Shown here piece by piece: positions 37,370 to 46,820 of a stretch of 64,000 bases of DNA. Both the position numbers and the translations under genes were made by a program. The notes under the pieces are model-generated. The model was not told the origin of the DNA. It was given only the letters and a program-made list of their open reading frames with translations, and did not search any database. This DNA is from Vicinamibacteria bacterium. Lineage in GTDB: Bacteria > Acidobacteriota > Vicinamibacteria > Fen-336. The stretch lies in contig DASSJI010000246.1 in assembly GCA_035691285.1 (NCBI GenBank), positions 1,047 to 65,046 on the forward strand. The letters are read 5' to 3'. Position 1 is the first letter of the stretch; each line of letters starts with the position of its first letter.

Positions 37370-37775
37370 CCGCCGGGCTCAGCCCCACGCCGAGCTCGAG
37401 GCGCTCCGGCTCGACGCCCCACAGGCGGTAGCGCACCGCGGCCATGTCCGGGTACGAGAGCGCCAGCCAGCGGAGGCTCTCGGGCAGGCTGAGCTGGTGC
37501 GCGGTCCCGTGCTGCTGCGGGATCGCCAGCAGCTCCTCGTGTCCCAGGCAATGGACCGTCCCCGGAGGCGCGCCGCGGACGATCGCGTCCACGAGCCAGA
37601 CTTCGGGCTCGCCCCGCCAGAGACCGATCAGGCGCAGCGAGTCCTGGCCCCCATGCTCCACCCGGACGCCCGGAACCGGGCCCAGCGCCTCGAGGCGCCG
37701 GATCACGGCGGGGCCGATCCCGTCGTCCGCGACGAGGCCGCTGCCGAAGCCCACGACGAGGACGCGCCCTGCCAC
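37314..37775 (-). CDS. [NiFe]-hydrogenase maturation endopeptidase (HyaD/HycI family) of the group-3 cluster
   Basis: RVLVVGFGSGLVADDGIGPAVI...WLVDAI...GTVH motifs; 153 aa; directly downstream of the group-3 large subunit. Confidence 0.8.
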   Translation of the reverse strand: MAGRVLVVGFGSGLVADDGIGPAVIRRLEALGPVPGVRVEHGGQDSLRLIGLWRGEPEVWLVDAIVRGAPPGTVHCLGHEELLAIPQQHGTAHQLSLPESLRWLALSYPDMAAVRYRLWGVEPERLELGVGLSPAVARAVDAVADEVRRAAGR

Positions 37776-37782
37776 GCTCCGC

Positions 37783-39093
37783 TCAGCGCTCGCGGACCAC
37801 GTGCACCGAGCAGGAGATGCACGGGTCGTAGGCGCGGGCCACCATCTCGAGACCCAGCTTGAGGCGCGGCTCGGGGATGGCGGCGTCTTTCGCGATCATG
37901 CGCTCGACGGCGCGGCGCATGTCGCGCTCGACGTTCGCCAGGTTCTGGGCCGTGGGCGTGATGACGTTGGCCGAGACCACGCGCCCCTCCTCGTCCAGCT
38001 CGTACTCGTGGAACAACGTCCCGCGGGGAACCTCGAGGGCCCCGACGCCTCGCCCCGCCCGCACGTCGTAGGCCAGCATCTCGCTGGCTTCCTCGGGCAT
38101 CCCGAGGAGGATGTCGCAGACCTCCATGCCGCGCTCGACGCAGTGGATCAGCTCCACGAGCTGCGCCCAGTTGTTGAGGAGGGCGTTGTCCTCGACCCCG
38201 CGCGGGAACAGCCGCTCGAAGGCCTCGCGGGCTCGGCCCCGAAGCAGGTGGCCCCAGAGCTTGAGGCGCGCCAGCGACCCGACCATGTACGTCTCGCCGG
38301 ACGCCAGCGCCGAGTGCTTGGCGTGCGAGTGCTCGACGGTGAACTCGCGCACCAGGTCCCGATAGCTCTCGACCGGATGCCGCTCGCCCCGCGACGTGCA
38401 CAGCTCCTCGCCGCGGAAGCGGTAGGCGTCCTCGTAGGGCTTGAGGGCGACGTAGAGCGTCTCCTGGGCGGGCCAGTCCGGCACCGCGATCGAGGCGACC
38501 AGGTCGACGGTGCCCATCAACGGGTCGAGGGCTGCGCCCAGCTCCTCGCGGATGCTCCGCAGCGCAGAGGCTCCAGGCAGGCGGCCGAAGCCGCCCACCA
38601 GCGTGTTGATCGGGTGGATGGCCCGACCGCCGACGAGCTCCTGGATCCGGTTGCCGAGCTGCTTGAGCCTGAGCGCGAAGGCCACCTCGCGCGGATGCTC
38701 GGCGGCCATGGCGATCACCGAGGGGAAGCCCAGGAAGTCCGGCAGGGCCAGCGCGAAGACGTGCAGGGCGTGGGACTCGACCGTCGCGCCCAGCACGAGC
38801 AACCCGCGCAAGTGGTGGACGCGCGCCGACTGCTGCAGGCCCAGGGCCTTCTCGAGCGCCGTGAGGGCGGCCACGGTGTGGCTCGCGGAGCAGATGGCGC
38901 AGACCCGGGTGATGATCCCCTGCACCTCGAGGAAGTGCCTGCCCTTGAGCAGCGCCTCGTAGTAGCGGCTCCCCTCGAAGACGTCCATGTTCACCTCGTG
39001 GACGACGTCGCCCACGATCCGGACCGAGATGCCGCCGTGCCCCTCGATCCGCCCCAGGTGCGAGACCGTGACCGTCCTACCTGCCGGCATCAC
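37783..39093 (-). CDS. [NiFe]-hydrogenase large (alpha) subunit, group-3b-like (cytoplasmic, bidirectional)
   Basis: N-terminal RIEGHG, L1 motif RVCAICSASH, and C-terminal DPCISCSVHVVRER (Ni-Fe ligands plus a short cleavable tail). 436 aa, consistent with a group-3 size. Confidence 0.85.
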   Translation of the reverse strand: MMPAGRTVTVSHLGRIEGHGGISVRIVGDVVHEVNMDVFEGSRYYEALLKGRHFLEVQGIITRVCAICSASHTVAALTALEKALGLQQSARVHHLRGLLVLGATVESHALHVFALALPDFLGFPSVIAMAAEHPREVAFALRLKQLGNRIQELVGGRAIHPINTLVGGFGRLPGASALRSIREELGAALDPLMGTVDLVASIAVPDWPAQETLYVALKPYEDAYRFRGEELCTSRGERHPVESYRDLVREFTVEHSHAKHSALASGETYMVGSLARLKLWGHLLRGRAREAFERLFPRGVEDNALLNNWAQLVELIHCVERGMEVCDILLGMPEEASEMLAYDVRAGRGVGALEVPRGTLFHEYELDEEGRVVSANVITPTAQNLANVERDMRRAVERMIAKDAAIPEPRLKLGLEMVARAYDPCISCSVHVVRER

Positions 39094-39868
39094 CGCGCAC
39101 CTCTCGCTCGAGCCCGAGCTTCATCCACACCGGGGCCGAGAAGCTGGACATCTTGTGCGCGATGTCCACCCACGAGATGCCCCGGTCCTTGAACATCGTC
39201 ACGTTCGCGTCGTAGTTCGGCTCCTCGACCGGGCCGCGGCAGCCGGCGCAGGCGACGCCGTGGGACGGGCAGCGCGCGCCGCAGCCGCCGCGGGTCATGG
39301 CGCCGCAGCAGACCTCCCCGAAGTGCACGACGCGGCACAGGTTCTCCCGGGTCTTGCACTCCCAGCAGACCGGCACCCGCATGAGCTCGGCCCGGGTGCC
39401 GCGCAGCAGGGCGTTGACGGTCTTCAGGAACTCCTCGCGCTCGATGGGACAGCCGGGAAGCATGATCTCGAAGGGGACGAAGCTGGACGCCGGCCGCGCC
39501 TCCACCGTGTCGAGGTCCGCCGCCCCCCCGGCGTAGACCTCCCGGGCCAGAACCTCCCGGGGCAGCTCGTTGCGCATCGCAGGCAGCCCGCCCCAGACGG
39601 CGCAGGTGCCGAGCGCCACCAGCACCCTCGAGCGCGCCCGCACCTCCTTGAGGGTCTCCAGGTCGCGCTGCGTCGCCACGACGCCTTCGACGAACGCCAG
39701 GTCGAGGCGGCAGGCGTGGTCGTTGTCGGACTTCGCCATCACCCAGTCGACGATGTCGAGCTGCTCGGCCAGCTTGAGCAGCTCGCTCTCGCAGTTCAGG
39801 ATCTGGAGCTGGTCCCCGGCGCAGCCGGTCAGTCCGAAGATGCCGACCCGGGGCTTGCCGTTCAGCAT
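39077..39868 (-). CDS. [NiFe]-hydrogenase small (delta) subunit, group 3
   Basis: MLNGKPRVGIFGLTGCAGD with AGGAGG upstream; distal Cys clusters; 263 aa; no Tat signal. Confidence 0.8.
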   Translation of the reverse strand: MLNGKPRVGIFGLTGCAGDQLQILNCESELLKLAEQLDIVDWVMAKSDNDHACRLDLAFVEGVVATQRDLETLKEVRARSRVLVALGTCAVWGGLPAMRNELPREVLAREVYAGGAADLDTVEARPASSFVPFEIMLPGCPIEREEFLKTVNALLRGTRAELMRVPVCWECKTRENLCRVVHFGEVCCGAMTRGGCGARCPSHGVACAGCRGPVEEPNYDANVTMFKDRGISWVDIAHKMSSFSAPVWMKLGLEREVRGDAGR

Positions 39869-39876
39869 GGCGCCTC

Positions 39877-40782
39877 CTACGTGTAGATCAGCTCGGGCAG
39901 GTTGAGCGCGTCCCAGTAGCTGAACACCGGTCCGTGCAGGCAGGTGAAGGTGTAGCCGATCGCGCAGTGGCCGCACTTGCCCACGCCGCACTCCATGCGC
40001 CGCTCGAGGCTGACGTAGATGCGGTCCTTGGCGAAGCCCAGCTTGACCAGCCGCTCCAGCATGAACTTGTAGAACACCGGCGGACCGCAGGCGACGGCGT
40101 GGGTCCTCGTCACGTCGAGCCGGACGTCGTCGAGCAGCTCGGTCACGACGCCCACCTTGCCGGTCCAGGGCAGGCCGTTGTCCCGGTCCACCGAGAGCAG
40201 CACCTCGGCGTCGCCCCGGCGCGCCAGCGAAGCCAGCTCGTGGGCGAACAGGATCTGGTCCGGTGTGCGCGCTCCGTACAGCAGCATCACGCGCCCGAAC
40301 AGGTGCCGCAGGTCGATGACGTACTGGAGCAGGCCGCGCAGCGGCACCATGCCCAGCCCGCCCGCCACCAGCAGCAGGTCGCTGCCCCGCAGGCGCTCCA
40401 CCGGGAAGCCGTTGCCGAGCGGGCCGCGGATCCCGATCACGTCTCCCTCGCGCACGTGGTCGAAAAGGTAGTCGGTGAGCACCCCCACGCGCCTGATCGC
40501 GAGCTGGAACGCCCCCCGCCGCGTCGGCGACGACGGGAGCGAGAAGGGCCCCTCGCCCACGCCCAGGATCGAGAGCATGACGAACTGGCCGGGGCGGAAG
40601 TCGAAGGCCTCGGCGAGGGACGGCTCCGCGAAGCGCACGTCGAACAGGCGCACGTCGGGGAGCAGGCTGCTGTAGCGCATGATGCGGGCCGGCGCCTCGA
40701 GGTAGGGGTTGACGCCGGTCGGCAGCCCGCGCGCCGCGCTGCGCACCGGGGCGTCGCCGTCGATGCGGCCCGAGATCAGCAT
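39877..40782 (-). CDS. Hydrogenase gamma subunit (FAD/NAD(P)-binding, [2Fe-2S]; HydG/PyrK-like)
   Basis: FNR-like fold with RPGQFVML and LVAGGLGMVP motifs; C-terminal CGVGKCGHCAIG. Confidence 0.8.
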   Translation of the reverse strand: MLISGRIDGDAPVRSAARGLPTGVNPYLEAPARIMRYSSLLPDVRLFDVRFAEPSLAEAFDFRPGQFVMLSILGVGEGPFSLPSSPTRRGAFQLAIRRVGVLTDYLFDHVREGDVIGIRGPLGNGFPVERLRGSDLLLVAGGLGMVPLRGLLQYVIDLRHLFGRVMLLYGARTPDQILFAHELASLARRGDAEVLLSVDRDNGLPWTGKVGVVTELLDDVRLDVTRTHAVACGPPVFYKFMLERLVKLGFAKDRIYVSLERRMECGVGKCGHCAIGYTFTCLHGPVFSYWDALNLPELIYT

Positions 40783-41795
40783 GCTTCACCTCGCACCTGC
40801 TGGAACACCTCGACGACGTTGATGCCGGTCGGGCAGTTCTCGATGCAGCGGCCGCAGCCGACGCACGAGGGCATCCCGAACTCCCGCACGAAGGCCTCCT
40901 GCTTGTGGTAGTAGCGGTTCCGCACGCGGTCGGCGCGGTCTCCGCGGAAGTTGTGGCCCCCGGCGACCACGGCGTAGTCCCGGAACAGGCAGGCGTCCCA
41001 GCAGCGCAGCCGCTGTGCGCCGCCCTCGCTCCGGATCTCGTCCAGCACGTTGAAGCACGCGCACGTCGGGCAGACCATCGAGCACGAGCCGCAGCAGAGG
41101 CACTTCTTGCCCAACTCGTCCCACACCGGGTCGTCCTTCTTGAGCTCGAGGATGTACGGCAGGTCGGAGACGTCCAGCTTCAGCGTGAACGCCTGGCGCC
41201 GGCGCTCGACGCGCGCCAGGTAGTCCCGCGTGTCCTGGCGCGTCAGGGGCTGGAACAGCGCCGCGTTCGCCCGCACGATGTCGTCGCCGCGGGCGCTCCG
41301 CACGGTGACCATGTAGCGGTCGTCGATCGGGTTCAGGAACAGGTCGAACACCTCGTCGACGTGGGACGTGCCCAGGGAGTCGCAGAAGCACTTGCCGTCC
41401 GGCCAGCAGCCGTACCCGACGACCGTGAGCTGCTCGCGGTTGCGCTTGTAGTAGCTGTCCTGGAAGTCGGACAGGTACAGCATGTCGAGGATCTTCAGGG
41501 CATGCACGTCGCAGGCGTGGGCGCCGAAGAACACGATCGGCCCGCGGTCGTTGTCGTGGGACTCCCGCGGGCCCCCTGCGTCGCTCTCCACCATGGTGAA
41601 GCGCGGCTTCATCAGCAGCTTCTTGAACGGCAGGATCGTGCGCAGGGCGTCCGGGCGCGCTTTCGTCACGTCGTCGATGGGCTCCAGGGTGAAGACGTCG
41701 GGGGCCTTCTCCACCGGCGCCCAGACCGTGCCCCAGGCCTTCAGGCTCTCGACGAATGCCGGCAGCGACGCGGCCTTCATCCGCAAGGATTGCAT
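40776..41795 (-). CDS. Hydrogenase beta subunit ([4Fe-4S]; HydB-like)
   Basis: MQSLRMKAAS... with CLCCGSCSMVCPTCAC and CVGCGRCIENCP clusters; GGAGG 9 nt upstream. The order beta-gamma-delta-alpha matches hydBGDA of NADP-linked sulfhydrogenases. Confidence 0.8.
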   Translation of the reverse strand: MQSLRMKAASLPAFVESLKAWGTVWAPVEKAPDVFTLEPIDDVTKARPDALRTILPFKKLLMKPRFTMVESDAGGPRESHDNDRGPIVFFGAHACDVHALKILDMLYLSDFQDSYYKRNREQLTVVGYGCWPDGKCFCDSLGTSHVDEVFDLFLNPIDDRYMVTVRSARGDDIVRANAALFQPLTRQDTRDYLARVERRRQAFTLKLDVSDLPYILELKKDDPVWDELGKKCLCCGSCSMVCPTCACFNVLDEIRSEGGAQRLRCWDACLFRDYAVVAGGHNFRGDRADRVRNRYYHKQEAFVREFGMPSCVGCGRCIENCPTGINVVEVFQQVRGEAC

Positions 41796-42112
41796 GTGGG
41801 CGACCTCCGGCGTCGAATGGCTGCTGCGCAGCCGGGAACGGAGGACAAGGAGGCACGGGCGACAAGCAGCTCCTTGCCGCTCAGGGTGTTCGCCTGGCAC
41901 GGCGCCCCGGGGAGGGGCATGCGGCGGCCCACGGGTCCTCCGCGGATCCTTCCCGGGAGGGAAGGTCCGCGAGGCAGAGGTGCAAGCGACGCGCCACGGG
42001 CTCGGGCTTCGCGCGACGCGAGATGTGCGGTCCGCGAGCCCCGTTGCGCGCATCGATTGCTCGGCGCTGTCCGTGAAGCCTCGGAGGGCGCTGCTTTTCA
42101 GGAACTTCGTCC

Positions 42113-42128
42113 TGGCACAGCCATTGCT
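42113..42128 (+). promoter_or_regulatory. Sigma-54 (-24/-12) promoter upstream of the group-1 hydrogenase small-subunit gene
   Basis: TGGCACagccaTTGCT has GG and GC with exact 10-nt spacing, 80 nt upstream of the small-subunit ATG, inside a 412-bp divergent intergenic region. Confidence 0.5.
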
Positions 42129-42207
42129 CCTCGCCGGGCAAACTCCGCTCGGGGAATCGCGACTGGGGGCCGCGGGCTGCGCGGCCGTTCGCCGTTGGGA
42201 GGGGGCC

Positions 42208-43374
42208 ATGGAACAGGCCGAGGGTTGGTTCCTCCAGGAGCTCGAGGCGCGCGGCGTCTCGCGGCGCGAGTTCATGGGATTCTGCAGCGCGATGGCGGCG
42301 GCCCTCGCGCTGCCGCGGACGGCGGTCGCCCGGATCGCCGCCGAGATCGAGAAGACCGAGAAGCCGGTCCTCGTCTGGCTCGAGTTCCAGGACTGCTGCG
42401 GGAACTCCGAGTCGTTCCTGCGCGCGAGCCGGCCCACGGCCGCCGAGATCGTCCTCGACACGCTCTCCGTCGACTACCACGAGACGATCATGGCCGCGGC
42501 CGGGCGTCAGGCCGAGGAAAACCTGGCCCGGACCATCAAGGAGCGCGCCGGCAAGTACCTGGTGGTCGTCGAGGGCTCGATCCCCACCGGCGCGAACGGC
42601 GCCTACTGCATGATCGGCGGGCGGAGCGCCCTCGACATCGTGCGAGAGGCGTGCGCCGGAGCGGCCGCGACCATCGCCATGGGCACCTGCGCGACCTTCG
42701 GCGGCCTGCCCGCCGCGGCTCCGAACCCCACCGGCGCCCTGGGCGTGGCCGACGCGGTCCCCGGCGTCAAGAACCTCATCAACCTCTCGGCGTGCCCCGC
42801 CAACGCCGAGAACCTGACGGCCCTCATCGTCTACTTCCTGACCTTCAAGCACTGGCCGCCCCTCGACGCCTGGCGGCGGCCGCTCTTCGCCTACGGCAAG
42901 TCCATCCACGACAACTGCGAGCGTCGCGCCCATTTCGACGCCGGCCAGTACGTCGAGGCCTGGGGCGACGAGCCGCACCGGACCGGGTACTGCCTCTACA
43001 AGATGGGCTGCAAGGGGCCCGTGACGTTCCAGAACTGCCCCAACGTCCGCTGGAACGAGGGCACCAGCTGGCCGATCGGCTGCGGGCATCCGTGCATCGG
43101 CTGCGCCGAGCCGGACTTCTGGGACAAGATGACGCCCTTCTACCAGCACCTCCCGAACGTCCCCGGCTTCGGCCTCGGCGCCACGGTCGACAGGGTCGGG
43201 CTGTGGGCCACGGTGGGCGTCGGCGCGGCCTTCGCCGCCCACGGCTTCATGTCGCTGGCCCAGCGCTGGTGGCGCGCCGAGCACCACCCGGCCGCGCGGG
43301 AGCGCGCCGAGGAGGCGCGCCGGCGCGAGGAGGACGCCGGCGGCGGCCCCGAGCAGAAAGGAGGCCCGTCGTGA
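42208..43374 (+). CDS. hyaA: Membrane-bound [NiFe]-hydrogenase small subunit (group 1) with Tat signal
   Basis: Twin-arginine signal GVSRREFMGFCSAMAAALALP; proximal, medial and distal Cys clusters; C-terminal hydrophobic anchor; GGGAGGGGG RBS. Confidence 0.9.
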   Translation: MEQAEGWFLQELEARGVSRREFMGFCSAMAAALALPRTAVARIAAEIEKTEKPVLVWLEFQDCCGNSESFLRASRPTAAEIVLDTLSVDYHETIMAAAGRQAEENLARTIKERAGKYLVVVEGSIPTGANGAYCMIGGRSALDIVREACAGAAATIAMGTCATFGGLPAAAPNPTGALGVADAVPGVKNLINLSACPANAENLTALIVYFLTFKHWPPLDAWRRPLFAYGKSIHDNCERRAHFDAGQYVEAWGDEPHRTGYCLYKMGCKGPVTFQNCPNVRWNEGTSWPIGCGHPCIGCAEPDFWDKMTPFYQHLPNVPGFGLGATVDRVGLWATVGVGAAFAAHGFMSLAQRWWRAEHHPAARERAEEARRREEDAGGGPEQKGGPS

Positions 43375-45077
43375 CGCGCGTCGTCGTCGATCCCGTCACC
43401 CGCATCGAGGGCCACCTCCGCATCGAGACGGAGGTGGACAAAGGCACAGTCCGCGACGCCTGGTCCTCGGCCACGATGTTCCGCGGCGTCGAGCTGATCC
43501 TGCAGGGGCGCGACCCGCGCGACGCCTGGGCCTTCACGCAGCGGATCTGCGGCGTCTGCACCACGGTGCACGCGATCGCGTCGATCCGCGCCGTGGAGAA
43601 CGCGATCGGGGCGTCCCCTCCGCCGAACGCGCGCCTGCTCCGCAACCTGATCATCGCGTCGCAGTGCGTGCAGGACCACGTGATCCACTTCTACCACCTG
43701 CACGCCCTCGACTGGGTCGACATCGTCTCCGCGCTCTCGGCGGACCCCGCCAAGGCCTCGGCCCTCGCGGAGTCGATCTCCGACTGGCCGCTGTCGAGCC
43801 GCAAGTACTTCGAGGGCGTCCGCGCCCGCGTGAAGGCCTTCGTGGACCGCGGCCAGCTGGGCCCCTTCGCGAACGCCTACTGGGGCCATCCCGCCTACAA
43901 GCTGCCGCCCGAGGCGAACCTCCTGGCCGTGGCCCACTACCTCGAGGCCCTCGACTGGCAGCGAGAGTTCATCCGCATCCACGCCGTCCTCGGCGGGAAG
44001 AACCCGCACCTCCAGAGCTTCCTGGTCGGCGGCATGGCGACGCCCGTCGATCCCGACAAGCAGGCCTCCATCAACGCGGGCACGCTGGCCGGACTCCGGG
44101 GGATGATCGCCTCGGCTCGCGACTTCGTGGCGAAGGTCTACATCCCCGACCTGCTCGCCGTGGCCTCGTTCTACAAGGACTGGGCGGCACACGGCCAGGG
44201 CGTCGGCAACTACCTCGTCTACGGCGAGTACCCCGAGAACGACGACCCGCGGCCGAGCCTGTTCCTGCCGTCGGGCGTGATCCGGAGCCGCGACCTCACC
44301 AAGGTCGAGCCCTTCGATGCGGCGAAGATCACCGAGCACGTCAAGCATTCCTGGTACGCCTACTCCGCCGGCGACGACGCGGCCCTGCATCCCACGAAGG
44401 GCGAGACAAAGCCGAAGTTCACGGGTCCCGCGCCGCCCTTCGAGCGCCTCGACACCGAGGGCAAGTACTCGTGGCTCAAGTCGCCGCGCTACGACGGGCT
44501 GCCCATGGAGGTCGGCCCGCTGTCGCGGATGCTCGTCGCCTACGCGTCGGGCCATCCCCGCGTGAAGGAGCTGGTCGGATCGGTGCTCCAGAAGCTGGGC
44601 GTCGGGCCCGAGGCGCTGTTCTCCACGCTCGGTCGCGTGGCGGCCCGCGGCATCGAGACGCTCCTGCTGGCCGAGCGCATGGACGGCTGGCTCGACGAGC
44701 TCCAGGCCAATATGGAGCGCCACGACCTGCGCATCCACGACAACTCGAAGTGGGATCCCGCGAGCTGGCCCGCCGACTGCTCGGGGGCCGGCTTCCACGA
44801 GGCCCCGCGCGGCGCCCTCGGCCACTGGGTGCACATCAAGGACGGCGCGATCGCCAACTACCAGTGCATCGTCCCCAGCACGTGGAACGCGGGGCCCCGG
44901 GACGCCCAGGGCCAGCGCGGGCCCTACGAAGCGGCCCTCGTGGGCACGCCGGTCGCCGATCCCGCGCGGCCGGTCGAGATCCTCAGGACCGTGCACTCCT
45001 TCGACCCCTGCATCGCCTGCGGCGTCCACGTGGTCGACGCGAACCGGCGCGAGCTCGCGCGAGTGAGGGCCGTATGA
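43371..45077 (+). CDS. hyaB: Membrane-bound [NiFe]-hydrogenase large subunit (group 1)
   Basis: RIEGH, L1 motif RICGVCTTVH, L2 motif DPCIACGVHVVD plus a C-terminal extension. The GTG start overlaps the small-subunit stop (GTGA). Confidence 0.9.
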   Translation: MTRVVVDPVTRIEGHLRIETEVDKGTVRDAWSSATMFRGVELILQGRDPRDAWAFTQRICGVCTTVHAIASIRAVENAIGASPPPNARLLRNLIIASQCVQDHVIHFYHLHALDWVDIVSALSADPAKASALAESISDWPLSSRKYFEGVRARVKAFVDRGQLGPFANAYWGHPAYKLPPEANLLAVAHYLEALDWQREFIRIHAVLGGKNPHLQSFLVGGMATPVDPDKQASINAGTLAGLRGMIASARDFVAKVYIPDLLAVASFYKDWAAHGQGVGNYLVYGEYPENDDPRPSLFLPSGVIRSRDLTKVEPFDAAKITEHVKHSWYAYSAGDDAALHPTKGETKPKFTGPAPPFERLDTEGKYSWLKSPRYDGLPMEVGPLSRMLVAYASGHPRVKELVGSVLQKLGVGPEALFSTLGRVAARGIETLLLAERMDGWLDELQANMERHDLRIHDNSKWDPASWPADCSGAGFHEAPRGALGHWVHIKDGAIANYQCIVPSTWNAGPRDAQGQRGPYEAALVGTPVADPARPVEILRTVHSFDPCIACGVHVVDANRRELARVRAV

Positions 45078-45793
45078 AGGCGCCTCAGGATCTCGTCCGC
45101 GTGTACGTGTGGGAGTGGCCCGTCCGCATGGCGCACTGGTGCACCGCCTACGCAATCCTGGCCCTCGCCGCGACCGGCTACTACATGGGCCACCCGTTCA
45201 TCACGGTCCCGGGGCCCGCCGGGGCCAGCTTCGTGATGGGGTGGGCGAAGATCATCCACTTCTGGGCGGCCGCGGTCTTCGCGCTCTCGGTCCTCGCCCG
45301 CGTGGCGTGGATGTTCCTCGGCAACCAGTACTCCCACTGGAACAAGTTCCTGCCCATGACCCGGAGGCGCTGGACGGCGATCGGCCTGACGCTGCGCTAC
45401 TACCTGTTCCAGCTCCGCCAGCCTCCGGGCTTCGTCGGCCACAACCCCCTCGCGGGCTTCACGTACAGCTTCGTGTTCCTGATGTACTTCGCGATGATCG
45501 TGACCGGGCTCGCTCTGTACAGCGTGAGCGCCCACGTCGACTCCCCGTTCCGTCTCTTCGGCTTCCTGCTGCCGCTGCTCGGCGGAGCGCAGACCGCGCG
45601 CTTCGTCCACCACATCGTGATGTGGATGATCCTGGCCTTCGCCGTGCACCACGTCTACAGCTCGGTGCTGATGTCGCAGGTCGAGGCTCGCGGCACGATC
45701 GAATCCATGGCTTCGGGCTACAAGTTCGTGCCCCGTGAGGACCTCCACTATTCCGGCTACCGGTTCCTCGGCATGAAGGATGCGGAGCACTGA
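45074..45793 (+). CDS. hyaC: Ni/Fe-hydrogenase b-type cytochrome subunit
   Basis: Four TM helices with conserved His (HWCTAYAIL, HFWAA, HHIVMW). The ATG overlaps the large-subunit stop (ATGA). Confidence 0.85.
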   Translation: MKAPQDLVRVYVWEWPVRMAHWCTAYAILALAATGYYMGHPFITVPGPAGASFVMGWAKIIHFWAAAVFALSVLARVAWMFLGNQYSHWNKFLPMTRRRWTAIGLTLRYYLFQLRQPPGFVGHNPLAGFTYSFVFLMYFAMIVTGLALYSVSAHVDSPFRLFGFLLPLLGGAQTARFVHHIVMWMILAFAVHHVYSSVLMSQVEARGTIESMASGYKFVPREDLHYSGYRFLGMKDAEH

Positions 45794-46337
45794 CCGCCCC
45801 ACGCCGCTCCTGATCCTGGGGCTGGGCAACCTGCTCTGCAGCGACGACGGCCTCGGCGTCGCGGCCGTGCGCCGTCTCTGCGAGGAGTACGCGGCCGCCG
45901 AAGGCGTAGAGATCCTCGACGGCGGCACCCTCGGGCTCTCGCTGCTGCCCCACCTGCTCGACGCCCGCGCCGTCATCCTGGTGGACGCCATCCAGGGTGA
46001 CGGTCCCCCGGGGGCTCACGTCCGCCTCGAGGGCGACGAGGTGGCGCCGGCGGCAGCGGTGCGCCTGTCGCCTCACCAGGTCGGGGTCGCGGACCTCCTC
46101 GACGCAGCGCGGCTCCTGGATCGCTTCCCCGAGCGCCTCGTGCTGCTGGGCCTCGTCCCCTCGCGGCTCGACCTCGGGTTCGGGCTCTCGCGACCGGTCG
46201 AGGACGCCCTGCCCGAGCTGGTGCGCCGGACCGCAGCCGAGGCCCGGGCGCTGGGCTTCGCGTTCGAGCCGAGGGCCGCCGCCGATGAGCCGCCACGCGC
46301 TCGCCAGCCTCTGGCTCCTCTTCGCCTCGGCATGTAG
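45780..46337 (+). CDS. hyaD: Hydrogenase maturation endopeptidase (HyaD/HoxM family)
   Basis: LLILGLGNLLCSDDGLGVAAVRRL...VILVDAI...GAHVRL motifs. Confidence 0.8.
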   Translation: MRSTDRPTPLLILGLGNLLCSDDGLGVAAVRRLCEEYAAAEGVEILDGGTLGLSLLPHLLDARAVILVDAIQGDGPPGAHVRLEGDEVAPAAAVRLSPHQVGVADLLDAARLLDRFPERLVLLGLVPSRLDLGFGLSRPVEDALPELVRRTAAEARALGFAFEPRAAADEPPRARQPLAPLRLGM

Positions 46338-46689
46338 CCGCGGCGACGCGGGGCTGCCCGACCCCTACGCGGGGCTCGAGGTGCCCGACGACCTCCGCTC
46401 GCCCGAGAGGCGCGCTCAGGGGGCGGCGCTGTTCCAGGACCACTGCGCCCTCTGCCATGGCGCACGCGCCGACGGGCACGGCGCGCGGCGCGAGGGCCTC
46501 CAGCCGAAACCGCGGGACTTCACCGATCCCGCCTGGCGGGAGCGGGCCTCGCCACGGGCCGTCTTCTACGCCGTCCGCGAGGGAGTGCGGGGTACGGCCA
46601 TGCCGGCCTGGAAGTCGCTCGACGACGACGAGGTCTGGGACCTCGTGGCCTTCCTGCTCTCGGCCGGCGAGGCATCGCCGCCCCGCTGA
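46285..46689 (+). CDS. Small mono-haem c-type cytochrome (putative lipoprotein)
   Basis: MSRHALASLWLLFASAC... has a signal peptide and a lipobox-like ASAC, followed by CALCHG (CxxCH) and a Met ligand region. The start overlaps hyaD by about 50 bp, so the start is uncertain. Confidence 0.55.
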   Translation: MSRHALASLWLLFASACSRGDAGLPDPYAGLEVPDDLRSPERRAQGAALFQDHCALCHGARADGHGARREGLQPKPRDFTDPAWRERASPRAVFYAVREGVRGTAMPAWKSLDDDEVWDLVAFLLSAGEASPPR

Positions 46690-46820
46690 GGCCGCAAGAA
46701 CGGCGCGCCCGGGAGACGCCCGGGCAAGTTCTGCGCGACGCAGAGCTTTCGGGGCGAGTGCGTGAGGCCGCAAACCATGGCGCGCTTCGTGCACTCTCGA
46801 CGGCCCATCGAGCAACGGCG

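Noticed and set aside
41880-41905. Second TGGCAC hexamer at about 41886
   Set aside because: No GC element (TTGC) at the correct 10-nt spacing, so it was not called as a sigma-54 promoter.
40905-43370. Upstream 820 codons of the 1390-aa plus-strand ORF
   Set aside because: Antisense to hydB/hydG and to the intergenic region. The real gene (hydrogenase large subunit) starts at the GTG at 43371 coupled to the small-subunit stop.
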